Shown here one piece after another: positions 1 to 10,760 of a stretch of DNA of 32,000 bases. This DNA comes from Proteus hauseri. Lineage in GTDB: Bacteria; Pseudomonadota; Gammaproteobacteria; Enterobacterales; Enterobacteriaceae. The notes under the pieces are model-generated. The model saw only the letters and a list, made by a program, of their open reading frames with translations. It was not told where the DNA came from and searched no databases. Position 1 is the first letter of the stretch, and every line of letters begins with the position of its first letter. A program made the position numbers and the translations under genes. The DNA is taken from contig NZ_JBEEUB010000003.1 in assembly GCF_040139125.1 (NCBI RefSeq), forward strand, positions 73,504 through 105,503, read 5' to 3'.

Positions 1-166
1 GTTGTTCCCGCTTTACCCACACAACTGGCATGCCAGTGCGAGTAGGCTGGAATGTAAACGCATCTGGCCCAAACTTCTGACGCAGTTCATTAACAACCTG
101 ATCATCGATATGATCGGTTGTTTCCCACGTTGGCCGAGCGCCTTTTTGCGCTATCTGATCGGTCAT
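1..166 (-). CDS. nuoC: NADH-quinone oxidoreductase subunit C/D, N-terminal fragment (the gene runs off the window start)
   Basis: Minus-strand translation from the ATG at 166 reads [55 protein letters not shown]. This is colinear with the E. coli NuoC N-terminus as I recall it (..[25 protein letters not shown]). It lies directly downstream of nuoB, as in the nuo operon. It is absent from the ORF track because it is truncated by the window edge. Confidence 0.85.
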   Translation of the reverse strand, partial: MTDQIAQKGARPTWETTDHIDDQVVNELRQKFGPDAFTFQPTRTGMPVVWVKREQ

Positions 167-242
167 TTCTATTCACCACAACTTTGATCAGGGTTACTAT
201 GATCGCAACACATTGCTCTGGTTACGTCTTAGGCAAAAGCCT

Positions 243-917
243 TTAAATTTCGTCTGGTGTACGCAGATTTTTAACTGCGATACGTTCACCGTGCTTTCTT
301 TCTCGTTCTGACTGCATATTGGCACGATAAACACCTTGGTCGCCGACAACCCATGACAATGGGCGACGCTCTTTACCAATGGATTCTTGTAACAGCATCA
401 GTGCCTGCATATAAGCTTCAGGACGGGGTGGACATCCAGGAATATACACATCGACTGGAATAAATTTATCAACACCCTGAACCACTGAATAAATGTCGTA
501 CATACCACCAGAATTAGCACAAGCGCCCATGGAGATAACCCATTTTGGCTCTAGCATCTGATCGTATAAACGTTGAATAACGGGTGCCATTTTAGTAAAG
601 CAGGTTCCTGCAACCACCATAAAGTCGGCTTGACGCGGTGATGCTCGTAATACTTCAGAACCAAAACGCGCCACGTCATGTACAGCAGTAAATGACGTCA
701 CCATTTCAACGTAACAACAGGAAAGACCGAAGTTATACGGCCATAAAGAGTTTTTTCTTCCCCAGTTCACAACGTCATGCAACGCATGTTCCAGTTTTCC
801 CATATACACGCTGCGATGAACGTGAGCATCTAATGGGTCACTGACAATTTCCTGTGTTTGCAGGGGATAACGGTCATTCTCACCGTTCGGATCTATGCGG
901 GTGAGCGTATAATCCAT
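243..917 (-). CDS. nuoB: NADH-quinone oxidoreductase subunit B
   Basis: The 224-aa ORF is near-identical over most of its length to E. coli NuoB. It carries the CCxxE and GxCxxxGG/CPP Fe-S (N2) motifs: [24 protein letters not shown]. It sits between nuoA and nuoC. Confidence 0.97.
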   Translation of the reverse strand: MDYTLTRIDPNGENDRYPLQTQEIVSDPLDAHVHRSVYMGKLEHALHDVVNWGRKNSLWPYNFGLSCCYVEMVTSFTAVHDVARFGSEVLRASPRQADFMVVAGTCFTKMAPVIQRLYDQMLEPKWVISMGACANSGGMYDIYSVVQGVDKFIPVDVYIPGCPPRPEAYMQALMLLQESIGKERRPLSWVVGDQGVYRANMQSERERKHGERIAVKNLRTPDEI

Positions 918-934
918 TTCTAATGCCTCGCTTA

Positions 935-1387
935 TTACTGCTGCGGATGTTTGCCGCTGGTTAATCTAACGTGTGTATTTCCTGCGCTTTCACGACGAGA
1001 GCGAACAGGTGTCCAATTTAATGCACCAATACGAACTAAATAGAATAATCCAGCTAATAAGATAGCGATGAAGACGGCCGCTTCAATAAAGCCTAGCCAG
1101 CCTACTTCACGAACGGAAACAGCCCAGGCATAAAGAAACAGTGCTTCAACATCGAAAATAACGAAAAACATAGCAACCAAATAGAATTTGGCTGACATGC
1201 GCAGACGAGCGCTGCCGACTGAATCAAGGCCTGATTCATAAGGAACATGTTTTGCCCTTGCTTGCGCACGTCCGCCTAAATAGCGGGCACCCAGCAACAT
1301 GAGCGAACATAACCCCAATGCACCTAACAGAAAGACAGCAAATGCCCAATGATGGGCGATAACTTCGGTGGTTGTAGACATACTCAT
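935..1387 (-). CDS. nuoA: NADH-quinone oxidoreductase subunit A
   Basis: The 150-aa ORF begins [19 protein letters not shown] and contains [19 protein letters not shown], which matches E. coli NuoA. It has three hydrophobic segments and is the first gene of the nuo operon. Confidence 0.95.
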   Translation of the reverse strand: MSMSTTTEVIAHHWAFAVFLLGALGLCSLMLLGARYLGGRAQARAKHVPYESGLDSVGSARLRMSAKFYLVAMFFVIFDVEALFLYAWAVSVREVGWLGFIEAAVFIAILLAGLFYLVRIGALNWTPVRSRRESAGNTHVRLTSGKHPQQ

Positions 1388-2201
1388 TGCTTACTCATCA
1401 AAGGTGGTGTCAATTAACCAACTCTTATCCGGCGGTTTACACCACATTTATAATTACGAAAAAAAAGGCGTAAAGAACAGACTTGCTAATTAAACAAATG
1501 ATAACAGTCTATTCAAACCTTTCTTCTTTTTTGGAAAACTTTGCGATAAACCACTCAGTTCCCCATCGCTTTTTAACAAATTTAACACGCTATTTTAACA
1601 CCCAATTATTGGCTAATGCTAAAACGTGTCAGTCAACCTACAAATTTTCTGCTAACACGTTCAGTCTAACCGATAATTCGATTTTACTACACCAGTATCT
1701 CAGGAAAAACCTGACTCAATATAGGCAAATGTGCCTTATTTTCTTGATCAAACTCACAAAATAGTCGAAAAAATACATAAACAGTTTAAATTTTATCCAA
1801 ATTTTAACAAATTAACTTTCCAATAATGTGGAGGAGGTCAAATATCCTTTTTAATTTGCGAGTTTATTCTAGGAATACCTAGACAAACCTTTTATTTGTT
1901 AACAAATCCTACAAGCGTGTAACCGAGGTCAAAGGCATACATTCTTTTAACAAATATAAGCGGACGATGGAGAGAACTATGTCACAAAGATGAATGTATT
2001 AATTTACATAAATATTAAAGTTATGTTACTACCACAAAAAATAACCATAAAAAAACGGAAACAAATGCAAAATCTTGCACTTATTTCCGTTCATCTTATT
2101 CATCACTATTCAGTCTTATTTGACTGTTATTTAATTTTTAACGGTACATTAAAACGTAGCTTATGCCTTGGTATTAAAAATAACACTTTGGCATAAAGTG
2201 A

Positions 2202-3119
2202 TTACTCAAGTTCTGTCGAGCTAATATCTTCTGCTGCTGTTACTGTATAAGGTGTTTTCTTATTTTCGATAGCATTGAATACCGTTAATACCGCTTCATT
2301 TTGCTCATCGAAATTACGATATAACCAATACTGTGTTTCTGGTAAGCGAGGTAAACCTTCACTTTCACCTAAAATACGTAAATCAGCATTTTGCATTTCA
2401 AGTGGACGTGCAGTGATCCCCACCTCTGCATTCACTGCTGCACGAACTGCTGATAAAGAAGCAGCTTCATAAGCAATGCGCCATTGAATACCAGCATCAT
2501 CTAACGTATTGGTTGCCAATTGGCGGAATGGATTGGTTTCATCCATAACCACTAATGGCAGTGGTTCATTCATTTGTATTTGGTAATCTGGCGCACAATG
2601 CCATAAAACAGGCGATGTACGTAACGCGGTGCGTGGATGATGACCAATACGCGCCGTTGTTAGTGCCAAATCAATTTCATGGTTATCAAGCATTGTCTCA
2701 AAATATTGAGAACGCTTAATACGTACATCAACAGCTAAACGCGGATAAACTGACGCAATACGATTGAGTAGAAACGGTAATAAAGTGTCTACTGAATCAT
2801 CTGAAGCGCCAATACGTAACTCACCTTCAGCATCGCTATAAGTTAATGAAGCCGTAGCATCATCGTTAGCACGTAGAATTTGACGAGCATAACCTAGCAG
2901 TTGTAGGCCATGTTCTGTTAAAAGTTTATTACGACCATGGCGGGCAAACAGCTCTCTGCCAACCAATTGCTCTAAACGTTGCATCTGCTGACTTACCGCA
3001 GATTGGGTTCGACAAACTGCTGCTGCCGCGGCTGCAAAAGTGTTTAAATCTGCAACAGCGACAAACGTTCTTAGCAGATCGAGGTCGAGGTTCATTATCG
3101 GACGATTTGCATTAATCAT
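2202..3119 (-). CDS. lrhA: LysR-family transcriptional regulator LrhA/HexA
   Basis: The 305-aa ORF has an N-terminus [54 protein letters not shown] that is almost identical to E. coli LrhA. The position between nuoA and alaA is conserved. Confidence 0.93.
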   Translation of the reverse strand: MINANRPIMNLDLDLLRTFVAVADLNTFAAAAAAVCRTQSAVSQQMQRLEQLVGRELFARHGRNKLLTEHGLQLLGYARQILRANDDATASLTYSDAEGELRIGASDDSVDTLLPFLLNRIASVYPRLAVDVRIKRSQYFETMLDNHEIDLALTTARIGHHPRTALRTSPVLWHCAPDYQIQMNEPLPLVVMDETNPFRQLATNTLDDAGIQWRIAYEAASLSAVRAAVNAEVGITARPLEMQNADLRILGESEGLPRLPETQYWLYRNFDEQNEAVLTVFNAIENKKTPYTVTAAEDISSTELE

Positions 3120-3974
3120 TGTTTATTCTTCACTTATTTTTGATTTTTAAATTACATATACCTGGTGTTTTATATCAAAAGTCTAAAAGAGACCTCCGAT
3201 TTAGACAGTACTCTACTCTGAAAAAGAGAGCAAAGACATACTGGATACTTTACATTTGTTTCTTATGGTTTACACCTCCTAGATAGAAAGGAATTGCATC
3301 TTTTTGTAACAAATTAAATTTTATTATCATTTCGAGTATTAACAAGAAAGAACTGCCAGCCGTCATCACAAGTTAGACTTGGATCATACTATATTGTCTT
3401 TCCATTCATAAATTTTAACAATTTGAAAATAATTTAAATTATCTTAACTATGCACTCTCGTTTAAGTATCTTCCCCTATAAACTAAATTTAAGATTTAAA
3501 TTTAATTTATACTTAAACTATTTGATTGCTATAGAATAAAGTAGATTTAACCATAATATTTGAAAATTTAATATATTAAGTCAGATAATACAAACTCAAT
3601 AAAATTATTCAATAATTGATTATGCAACATTTCATCAACCTGTGTATTACGCTAAGTTATTTTCAAACCGCACACTAAAAACCCCCTTTTCACTAGTTAA
3701 ATACTTCAATATTTTAAAAGAAACTAGAACATACATCTAACTTAAACAATACAATCAGTTATCAAAATAACATTCTTAGAATATACCGACCTTTTACACC
3801 AAAAATTACTCAACATCTTCAAAAGTTTGTAACGTAAGAGTAGAGTGTTAGAACAGTCATTTTGCTGGGACAGCCTTTTCATTTGTATCTTATATAGTGA
3901 TAACGCTCTGAACTAATGTGTCGTTATGTCGTTACTATGTAGATATAAGTCATACCCTATTAGGTAAGCGTGCT

Positions 3975-5189
3975 ATGAATCAGATTAAAAAATCAAATAA
4001 GCTCGATCATGTCTGCTACGACATTCGAGGTCCGGTTTTGCAAGAAGCAAAGCGTCTGGAAGAAGAAGGTAATAAAGTATTAAAACTCAACATTGGTAAC
4101 CCGGCACCTTTTGGTTTTGAAGCGCCTGATGAAATTTTGGTTGATGTTATTCGCAACCTACCAAGTTCGCAGGGCTATAGCGACTCCAAAGGGCTGTTTT
4201 CTGCACGTAAAGCTATCATGCAACACTACCAAGCCCGTGATATGCGTGATGTGACTGTTGAAGATATCTATATTGGTAATGGTGTTTCTGAACTCATCGT
4301 CCAAGCCATGCAAGCGTTGCTAAATGATGGCGACGAAATGTTAGTACCAGCACCAGATTATCCACTATGGACTGCGGCAGTATCACTATCAGGTGGTACA
4401 GCAGTACATTATATGTGTGATGAGCAACAAGGTTGGTTCCCTGATTTAGATGATATTCGCAGTAAAATTACTAACAATACCCGCGGTATTGTTATCATCA
4501 ACCCAAATAACCCAACAGGTGCGGTATATAGCAAAGATATCTTGATGGAAATCGTTGAGATTGCCCGTCAACATAATCTAATCATCTTTGCTGATGAGAT
4601 TTATGACAAAATTCTTTATGACGATGCAGAGCACCACTCTATTGCGGCAATGGCGCCTGATTTACTCACTGTTACCTTTAATGGTTTATCAAAAACTTAT
4701 CGTGTAGCCGGTTTTCGTCAAGGTTGGATGGTTTTAAACGGTCCCAAAAAGCATGCTAAAAGTTATATTGAAGGCTTAGATATGCTGGCATCGATGCGTT
4801 TATGTGCCAACGTACCCATGCAACATGCGATTCAAACGGCATTAGGTGGTTACCAAAGTATTAGTGAGTTTATTCTACCGGGTGGTCGTTTATATGAGCA
4901 ACGTAATCGCGCTTGGGAACTGATTAACCAAATCCCGGGTGTTTCTTGCGTTAAGCCAATGGGCGCATTATATATGTTCCCTAAAATAGACTTGAACCGC
5001 TTTAGTATTAAAGATGATCAAAAGATGATCCTCGACCTGTTACTACAAGAGAAAGTATTGTTAGTACAAGGAACGGCATTTAACTGGCCATATCCAGACC
5101 ATTTCCGTATCGTGACTCTTCCTCGTGAAGATGATTTAGATATGGCGATTCAAAAATTTGGTCGCTTTATTGCCGGTTATCATCAGTAA
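3975..5189 (+). CDS. alaA: Glutamate-pyruvate (alanine) aminotransferase AlaA
   Basis: The ORF track frame is 3918..5189. I place the start at ATG 3975 (MNQIKKSNKLDHVCYDIRGPVLQEAKRLEEEGNKVLKLNIGNPAPFGF) because this is colinear with E. coli AlaA/YfbQ (about 405 aa). The PLP lysine context SKTYRVAGFRQGW is present. Confidence 0.95.
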   Translation: MNQIKKSNKLDHVCYDIRGPVLQEAKRLEEEGNKVLKLNIGNPAPFGFEAPDEILVDVIRNLPSSQGYSDSKGLFSARKAIMQHYQARDMRDVTVEDIYIGNGVSELIVQAMQALLNDGDEMLVPAPDYPLWTAAVSLSGGTAVHYMCDEQQGWFPDLDDIRSKITNNTRGIVIINPNNPTGAVYSKDILMEIVEIARQHNLIIFADEIYDKILYDDAEHHSIAAMAPDLLTVTFNGLSKTYRVAGFRQGWMVLNGPKKHAKSYIEGLDMLASMRLCANVPMQHAIQTALGGYQSISEFILPGGRLYEQRNRAWELINQIPGVSCVKPMGALYMFPKIDLNRFSIKDDQKMILDLLLQEKVLLVQGTAFNWPYPDHFRIVTLPREDDLDMAIQKFGRFIAGYHQ

Positions 5190-5213
5190 ATACTGATCGT
5201 CACCTCACATAAA

Positions 5214-5248
5214 AGACAGCACGATATCTGATTATGCTGTCTTTTTTA
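5214..5248 (+). terminator. Rho-independent terminator of alaA
   Basis: An 8-bp stem AGACAGCA (5214-5221) / TGCTGTCT (5235-5242) is followed by a T-run (5242-5247), about 25 nt after the alaA stop. Confidence 0.7.
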
Positions 5249-5326
5249 TTTTATTCTTGTAAGTCGTTTACATCTGTTATTGAACCACTCACAATAATGT
5301 CTTCAATCACGCAATTGGGAGATATT

Positions 5327-5908
5327 ATGAGTTACTTTTTTGCCCACCTTTCTCGTTTAAAACTCATTACTCGTTGGCCTTTAATGCGTAATATTCGCCA
5401 AGAAAATGTGTCTGAACACAGCTTACAAGTGGCTTTTGTTGCTCATGCTTTAGCGGTGATAAAAAATCGTATCTTTGATGGTAATGTCAATGCTGAACGT
5501 ATTGCATTACAGGCGATGTATCATGATGCCAGTGAAGTCATTACTGGTGATATGCCAACCCCCATTAAATATCACAATCCACAAATTGCTCACGAATATA
5601 AAAAAATAGAAAAATACGCACAGCAAAAATTGATTGAAATGCTGCCAGAAGCGCTACAAGACGATTTTCGCCCACTGATTGATGAGCAACTGCATAATGA
5701 AGAAGAGGCGTTTATTGTAAAACAAGCTGATAGTTTATGTGCTTATTTAAAATGCCTTGAAGAGTTAGCCGCAGGTAATAGTGAATTTAATCTGGCAAAG
5801 AATCGTTTAGAAAAGACCTTAGCCGAAAGAAATAGCCCTGAAATGGACTATTTTATGAAGATTTTTGTACCCGGATTTAGTTTATCGCTTGATGAGATTA
5901 GTGAGTAA
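5327..5908 (+). CDS. yfbR: 5'-deoxynucleotidase YfbR (HD-domain)
   Basis: The ORF track frame is 5234..5908. I start at ATG 5327 ([43 protein letters not shown]), which has GGGAGA 5-10 nt upstream. This start is colinear with E. coli YfbR. The HD motif (YHDASEV) is present. Confidence 0.92.
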   Translation: MSYFFAHLSRLKLITRWPLMRNIRQENVSEHSLQVAFVAHALAVIKNRIFDGNVNAERIALQAMYHDASEVITGDMPTPIKYHNPQIAHEYKKIEKYAQQKLIEMLPEALQDDFRPLIDEQLHNEEEAFIVKQADSLCAYLKCLEELAAGNSEFNLAKNRLEKTLAERNSPEMDYFMKIFVPGFSLSLDEISE

Positions 5909-5913
5909 AAAAA

Positions 5914-5950
5914 TCAGCTTATGATGATGTAACATCGTAAGCTGATTTTT
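5914..5950. terminator. Bidirectional terminator hairpin between the convergent yfbR and orphan ORF
   Basis: A 13-bp stem TCAGCTTATGATG (5914-5926) / CATCGTAAGCTGA (5933-5945) contains one G-U pair. It is flanked by an A-run on the left and T5 on the right. Confidence 0.7.
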
Positions 5951-5959
5951 CAATCAATA

Positions 5960-6463
5960 TTAATTTTTAAAAGTATTTTTATTACTAATAGACTGGAAGT
6001 AAGGTGAACTTTCATACTGAATACGACTAACAGATCCTTTATTTTCTAGTTGAGGTTCATCTGTACGCATCACTGTTGAAATCCACAAATTTCTATTTAA
6101 ATTTATTTTTTCAGCTTGTGGATTATTATAGTTTTCAAAAGATTTATATTCTATTTCTTGTGGATATTTTGAAATACTTGCTTGAATACTTTCCTTTAAA
6201 TTTTTCGATGAGTGCTTATTATAAGTTTGCCTAATATTTTTTTCCTCTTCATTTTTACCTAATAAGTCTTTCTGTATCTGATTTAAATTTATAGGATTTT
6301 CTATCGTAACATTCGATTTAGTTGCATTAAAAAAATTGGCAATATTATTTTTAATACTATTAATACTGGATGCTAATTTTGAAAAAATTGATTTACTTTT
6401 TTCATTAGAACCTATACCAACAACTTTTCCGCTATTGTTAGTAGTTTGAAATGTAATACTCAT
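5960..6463 (-). CDS. Hypothetical protein, Asn/Ser/Lys-rich orphan (167 aa)
   Basis: The ORF track frame is 5960..6559. The more plausible start is ATG 6463 (MSITFQTTNNSGKVVGIGSNEK...), because the upstream 32 codons read like AT-rich promoter DNA. There is no TM segment, no signal peptide and no motif I recognise. The gene is very AT-rich and interrupts the conserved yfbR-yfbS junction. It is the only long open frame in a 700-bp gap and has its own flanking terminators. Confidence 0.5.
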   Translation of the reverse strand: MSITFQTTNNSGKVVGIGSNEKSKSIFSKLASSINSIKNNIANFFNATKSNVTIENPINLNQIQKDLLGKNEEEKNIRQTYNKHSSKNLKESIQASISKYPQEIEYKSFENYNNPQAEKINLNRNLWISTVMRTDEPQLENKGSVSRIQYESSPYFQSISNKNTFKN

Positions 6464-6514
6464 AATTATCTCTTTATCTATAAATAAATGTATATATAAA
6501 GCATACACTTTTAA

Positions 6515-6531
6515 TTGAAAATCATTTTCAA
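6515..6531. promoter_or_regulatory. 17-bp perfect palindrome upstream of the orphan ORF (candidate operator)
   Basis: TTGAAAAT-C-ATTTTCAA is a perfect 8+1+8 inverted repeat, 52-68 nt upstream of ATG 6463. Confidence 0.3.
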
Positions 6532-6590
6532 AAAACACACACCAATAGATATGATGCATGCATCAAATAAAAAACCACTGACTAATAAAT

Positions 6591-6623
6591 AAAAAACGTC
6601 GTTTATTAATTAACAAACGACGT
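6591..6623 (-). terminator. Rho-independent terminator of yfbS
   Basis: On the minus strand a 9-bp stem ACGTCGTTT/AAACGACGT (6596-6604 / 6615-6623) is followed by T6 (the complement of the A-run at 6591-6596), about 20 nt after the yfbS stop. Confidence 0.7.
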
Positions 6624-6642
6624 TTCAGCAACATTCAGCTAT

Positions 6643-8490
6643 TTAGAATGGAAATAGTATCGGGATTAAAAAGACACTAATAAACATCACAATAATGGTA
6701 AATGGCACACCAATTTTAATAAAGTCGGCAAACTTATAACCACCCGGTTCAAGTATCAGCGTATTCACAGGGGATGAAACTGGGGTCATAAATGCTGCTG
6801 ATGCCGCAACGCCTATCACCATGGCAAATGGTAGTGGCGATACTTCCATCTGATTCGCCGCCGCAATGGCAATAGGTGCCATAAGTACCGCAGTTGCAGT
6901 ATTAGAAATAAACAATCCAATAGCCGCACACAATATAAATAAACACACCAGCATTACTTGAGGACCGGCACTACCCGCAACATCCATTAAGCCATTAACA
7001 ATTAGCTCAATACCGCCCGTTTTTTGCAGTGCTGCGGCAAATGGCATCATACCCACAATCAAAATAATACTTGGCCAGTGGATAGAACGATAAGCACTTT
7101 CCATATCAAGGCAACGGAATTTCCCCATCAACAAACACGCAATTAATGCTGCAATAAAGTTAGGTACTTCATTGGTTACCATTAATGCCACCATTAAGGC
7201 GAGTGAAAATAGAGCGTGGGGGGCTTGCGATGATGCCGGAGCAACGGCTTCAACTTCAGCCGCTAAATTAAGCACAATAAAGTTGCGAGGTTTCGTTGAT
7301 AGTATGCGGATTAATTTCCAATCCCCAATAACTAACAACACATCCCCTAAACGTAAAGGTTCATCAACAATCTTACCTGGTAATGCCCCACCTTCACGGC
7401 GAATCGCAACCACGTTTAATCCATAGCGAGTACGGAATTTAATTTCTCTTAACGATTTTCCGAGCAACTCAGAATCTGGGTTCATGGAAACTTCAGCTAA
7501 ACCCACATCACGTGATTGCTCAGAAAAATATTCACCACGTAATACCATGGGTTCTAACATCTGTTCACGGCAAAATTCGCGTAAATCGACATCACTGGCT
7601 GACATATCAACTAATAAAACATCACGCTCTCTTAATTCAGTGCCACCTGTCGCACTTACCATGACACGCCGAAAGCGCCTCCAACGTTCAATACCGACAA
7701 CGTTTGCACCATAACGAGAACGTAAATGTAATTCATCAAGTGAATGGCCTACTAGCGGTGAACCTTTACGAATTGCCAAACGACGAGCACGCCCCGCTAA
7801 CTGATAATCACGAATAAGATCACGGAAAGTACGACGATAAGCTTCTTTTTGCTTACCATTATCGTTATTTCCTAGCCAGCGGCGTACCACCAGCATATAT
7901 AGGATGCCTGCGAATAATACGGCGATACCAATTGGCGTAATTGAGAAAAATTGAAAACTTGGCAGCCCTTCTCTTACTAACTCACTGTTTACCACCATAT
8001 TGGGTGGTGTAGCGACTAATGTCATTAATCCACTAATAAGACCCGCAAAACCCAGAGGCATCATTAAGCGACCAGGCGATATTTTCATTCGTGCTGCCAC
8101 ACTAAGAACGACGGGAATAAATATCGCGACAACGCCTGTTGAACTCATAAATGCACCAAGACTGGCAACGCATATCATCAGTAATACAAGCATTTTTATT
8201 TCGCTACTACCCGCAACTCGAACCAGCCAATCACCCATTTGATAAGCAACACCGGTTCTGACTAACCCTTCCCCTATAACAAATAGAGCCGCAATGAGTA
8301 ATACGTTAGGATCACTAAATCCTACCGTAGCTTCATTTAAGGTGAGTGTACCGCTAAGAACAAATGCGATAATGACAAGTAAAGCGACCACATCCATGCG
8401 GATTTTGTTGGTCGTAAAAAGGACAATAGCTATCAATAGCAGGCTTAAAACCCATAACAATTCGCTATTCAAAATGGCCTCGATCAGCAA
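6643..8490 (-). CDS. yfbS: Putative anion/DASS-type transporter with two central TrkA-C (RCK_C) domains, YfbS
   Basis: The 615-aa ORF is colinear with E. coli YfbS along its whole length, for example [38 protein letters not shown] and [14 protein letters not shown]. Hydrophobic N- and C-terminal halves flank a soluble middle region. Confidence 0.9.
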   Translation of the reverse strand: MLIEAILNSELLWVLSLLLIAIVLFTTNKIRMDVVALLVIIAFVLSGTLTLNEATVGFSDPNVLLIAALFVIGEGLVRTGVAYQMGDWLVRVAGSSEIKMLVLLMICVASLGAFMSSTGVVAIFIPVVLSVAARMKISPGRLMMPLGFAGLISGLMTLVATPPNMVVNSELVREGLPSFQFFSITPIGIAVLFAGILYMLVVRRWLGNNDNGKQKEAYRRTFRDLIRDYQLAGRARRLAIRKGSPLVGHSLDELHLRSRYGANVVGIERWRRFRRVMVSATGGTELRERDVLLVDMSASDVDLREFCREQMLEPMVLRGEYFSEQSRDVGLAEVSMNPDSELLGKSLREIKFRTRYGLNVVAIRREGGALPGKIVDEPLRLGDVLLVIGDWKLIRILSTKPRNFIVLNLAAEVEAVAPASSQAPHALFSLALMVALMVTNEVPNFIAALIACLLMGKFRCLDMESAYRSIHWPSIILIVGMMPFAAALQKTGGIELIVNGLMDVAGSAGPQVMLVCLFILCAAIGLFISNTATAVLMAPIAIAAANQMEVSPLPFAMVIGVAASAAFMTPVSSPVNTLILEPGGYKFADFIKIGVPFTIIVMFISVFLIPILFPF

Positions 8491-8581
8491 TAAGTGAAAA
8501 CAGGTTAAGACATCAATTCACTACATTGATAAGTAGACCATTTTTGTAACTATAAGTCTTCTAGTATGATCAAATAAATGA

Positions 8582-9244
8582 TTAACTTTTGTGCTTTATT
8601 ACAACCTTTTCAGCTTGCTTTTCGATTTGAATATCTTTTAGTGATTCAATAATTAAATGAATCTCATTACGGCGAGGAAGTGTAAGAGGAGCGTGAACCG
8701 CAATTACCTGACAACCCGCGTCTAATCCTGAGTAAATTCCCGCAGCTGCATCTTCAAAAACCACACACTCTTGTGGCAATAAACCAAGTTTTTTAGCCCC
8801 TAAAAGATAAGGCTCAGGATTTGGTTTACCTTTATTGATACATTCTGCAGTAACCCAATGCTTTGGTTCAGGAATACCCGTGACAGATTGACGTGTTGTT
8901 GCAATAGGTACAGTACCTGATGTCACTATTGCCCAAGGAATAGTTAATTCATTAAGACGATTAATAAGCGCTATCGCACCAGGAAGTGGTGCTAAACCTT
9001 CCGTTTGGGTAGATTCTAGTTTTTCTAACCAGCGGAAGGTTTCTGTAATTTCTTGTTCACTCGCATTAGGCATAAAATGGCGAATCGACTCTATGGCAGG
9101 CTTTCCATGAATATAGTCATTAATTTCCTGTGTTGATACGCCCACTCTTTCACCAAACAGCGCCCAACAATGTTCAACAACAGGCAATGAATCAACTAAT
9201 GTACCATCTAAATCAAACAGAAAACCTTTACATGTGATTGCCAT
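8582..9244 (-). CDS. hxpA: HAD-family sugar (hexitol) phosphatase YfbT/HxpA
   Basis: The 220-aa ORF carries the HAD motif I, FLFDLDGTLVDS, and the C-terminal motif VVFEDAAAG. It is colinear with E. coli YfbT and lies in the conserved yfbS-yfbT-yfbU order. Confidence 0.88.
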   Translation of the reverse strand: MAITCKGFLFDLDGTLVDSLPVVEHCWALFGERVGVSTQEINDYIHGKPAIESIRHFMPNASEQEITETFRWLEKLESTQTEGLAPLPGAIALINRLNELTIPWAIVTSGTVPIATTRQSVTGIPEPKHWVTAECINKGKPNPEPYLLGAKKLGLLPQECVVFEDAAAGIYSGLDAGCQVIAVHAPLTLPRRNEIHLIIESLKDIQIEKQAEKVVIKHKS

Positions 9245-9278
9245 TTTTTATCTCTACCTTGCAGTGATGCGTTAACTA

Positions 9279-9773
9279 TTACGCATTAAGAATTTGTTGA
9301 ATTTCAACTGCGCTAAGATGATATTGACGCGGGCAAGCTAACCATACCGCTAGCATTCTTTGGTATTTTTCCCACATTGGTGTTTGAGAGTTAAATCCAT
9401 GACTGCCACTATCAAAATGGGTATAGCGCCCTTCTGTGTTTACCATAAACCGCACATAACTAAGATAGCGAGATTCTGTTGCTGCATCAAAGCCCATAAA
9501 TGCGACACGTCGAATATCCATCATATCTGACTCTTTTAGGTTGTCACGAGACACCTGTAGAGCATGATACATTTCCATGACATTAATAATGGTACGGCAA
9601 GTCTCTTCTGACATCTCATCAAAGTCACGATCAAGCTCGCGTAATTGCAAGCCATAGCCACGTTCGATAATTGTCTGATAGCGGCGATAACGTTCAGCGT
9701 TATCAGGATCCATCATTGTCATCATTTTGTATTGATTAGAGAGGATCAGGCGTTGTGCGTGTGTCATTTCCAT
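9279..9773 (-). CDS. yfbU: UPF0304 family protein YfbU
   Basis: [43 protein letters not shown] is near-identical to E. coli YfbU (164 aa). Of the two adjacent ATGs (9776 and 9773), the second has better spacing to the GGAGA Shine-Dalgarno sequence. Confidence 0.9.
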   Translation of the reverse strand: MEMTHAQRLILSNQYKMMTMMDPDNAERYRRYQTIIERGYGLQLRELDRDFDEMSEETCRTIINVMEMYHALQVSRDNLKESDMMDIRRVAFMGFDAATESRYLSYVRFMVNTEGRYTHFDSGSHGFNSQTPMWEKYQRMLAVWLACPRQYHLSAVEIQQILNA

Positions 9774-9912
9774 CATTATTCTCCAAAGAAATTATTGGCA
9801 GAATCATGGCATTAATCAAAACGCTTGAGTAGTCCTAACTAGCCGTTTTTTGATCTCAACAGGGGTATTTGATACAAGCTAGATGGCAAACCAAAGAAGC
9901 AAGATAAATCTT

Positions 9913-10368
9913 CTACACATCATCAAGAAAAGAGCGATCTAATTGCTTAAAAGCACGCTTTAGTAATTTTGCTAAAGAGAGATAAGTCGGTGTTTGTTCG
10001 ACAGGGGCTAATGCGATGCCAGCTTGTTCAAATTTAGTCCGAATATCAAAAAACCAACGCAGCAATGTTGCGGGTAAAGGTGTCGCAGCTCGTTTACCTA
10101 ACCACCATAATCCTTGCATTGGCAGACTACAGGCAAATAACGCGGTTGTAATTGCAGGGCCTAAGTTACCACCTAAAGCAATTTGCCACGTCATAGTAAA
10201 AATAGCGATAGGAGGCATATAACGAATACCAAATCGCGTTGCTTTGACCATTCGATTTTCAGGAAAAACAGGGGCTAACTGCTTTTCAACCGGCCAGGTT
10301 TTTAAATACTCATTACCCAAACGTAGCTTTTTAAAGAAGCCTGGGGGAGTGACTGTCGGTTCGCTCAT
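9913..10368 (-). CDS. yfbV: Inner-membrane protein YfbV (UPF0208)
   Basis: The ORF track frame is 9913..10383. I start at ATG 10368, which has GAGG 6 nt upstream, giving 151 aa as in E. coli YfbV. Conserved stretches include [39 protein letters not shown] and LKRAFKQLD. Confidence 0.88.
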   Translation of the reverse strand: MSEPTVTPPGFFKKLRLGNEYLKTWPVEKQLAPVFPENRMVKATRFGIRYMPPIAIFTMTWQIALGGNLGPAITTALFACSLPMQGLWWLGKRAATPLPATLLRWFFDIRTKFEQAGIALAPVEQTPTYLSLAKLLKRAFKQLDRSFLDDV

Positions 10369-10690
10369 AATGACCTCAATCAATTTCTTCTGTAACTTTT
10401 AAAAAATATCTATAAAGAATAAAAATCTTTTAGTAGAATTAAGTATATTTTGTCTTTGTTGCCTTTACTCTGTATCCTGTGCCCATTCTAAAGCTTTGTG
10501 GCAATAAAGCGCTATATTTTGTTTGCCGGCGTGATTTTTGACCCTTTTCGCCGATTTTACTAGAAATCGCTCTAGGGTGAATAAAAATCGTCCAATTAAT
10601 GATTGGCAACTATAATTAGCATCAGGTTTTTCACTTTAAGCATGATGCGCGTCATTAATGTCATCATAGTAATGCGATAGGCTTTTATGA

Positions 10691-10721
10691 TTGACGTTTT
10701 ATTAACCACCGTCTTTATAAT
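10691..10721 (+). promoter_or_regulatory. Candidate sigma70 promoter of ackA
   Basis: TTGACG (10691-10696) and TATAAT (10716-10721) lie 40 nt upstream of the ackA ATG. The 19-bp spacer is longer than optimal. An alternative -10, TTTATA at 10714-10719, gives 17 bp. Confidence 0.3.
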
Positions 10722-10760
10722 ATAAAAGACACTACGACAACAAGATAAATAGGTAATTCC

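Noticed and set aside
197-379. Minus-strand ORF 197..379 (60 aa).
   Set aside because: It overlaps the 3' end of nuoB out of frame and extends into the nuoB-nuoC spacer. nuoB is unambiguous.
1483-2196. ORFs 1483..1764 (93 aa) and 1990..2196 (68 aa) in the nuoA-lrhA intergenic region.
   Set aside because: This is AT-rich non-coding-looking sequence. The peptides are rich in N, L, I, K and F with no motif, there is no convincing ribosome-binding site, and the equivalent E. coli region is a long regulatory intergenic region.
2275-2472. Plus-strand ORF inside lrhA. The same applies to 10016..10222 (in yfbV), 11321..11608 (in ackA), 12490..12717, 12578..12808, 13805..14023 and 13990..14205 (in or over pta), 18774..18968 (in cas1), 19807..20007 (casD/casE), 24111..24401 (in cas3), 29473..29673, 29647..29832 and 30213..30416 (in PTS genes).
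   Set aside because: These are antisense or out-of-frame shadows of well-supported genes, with no independent evidence.
3918-3974. N-terminal extensions suggested by the ORF track for alaA (3918). The same applies to yfbR (5234), the racemase (16604), casC (21691), casB (22287), yfbV (10383) and the orphan ORF (6559).
   Set aside because: Internal start codons give better SD spacing and colinearity with the E. coli homologues. The extensions read through terminators or upstream genes.
7172-8497. Plus-strand ORFs 7172..7426, 7484..7714, 8000..8242 and 8294..8497.
   Set aside because: All lie antisense inside the strongly conserved yfbS gene. They have low-complexity composition and no SD or promoter context.
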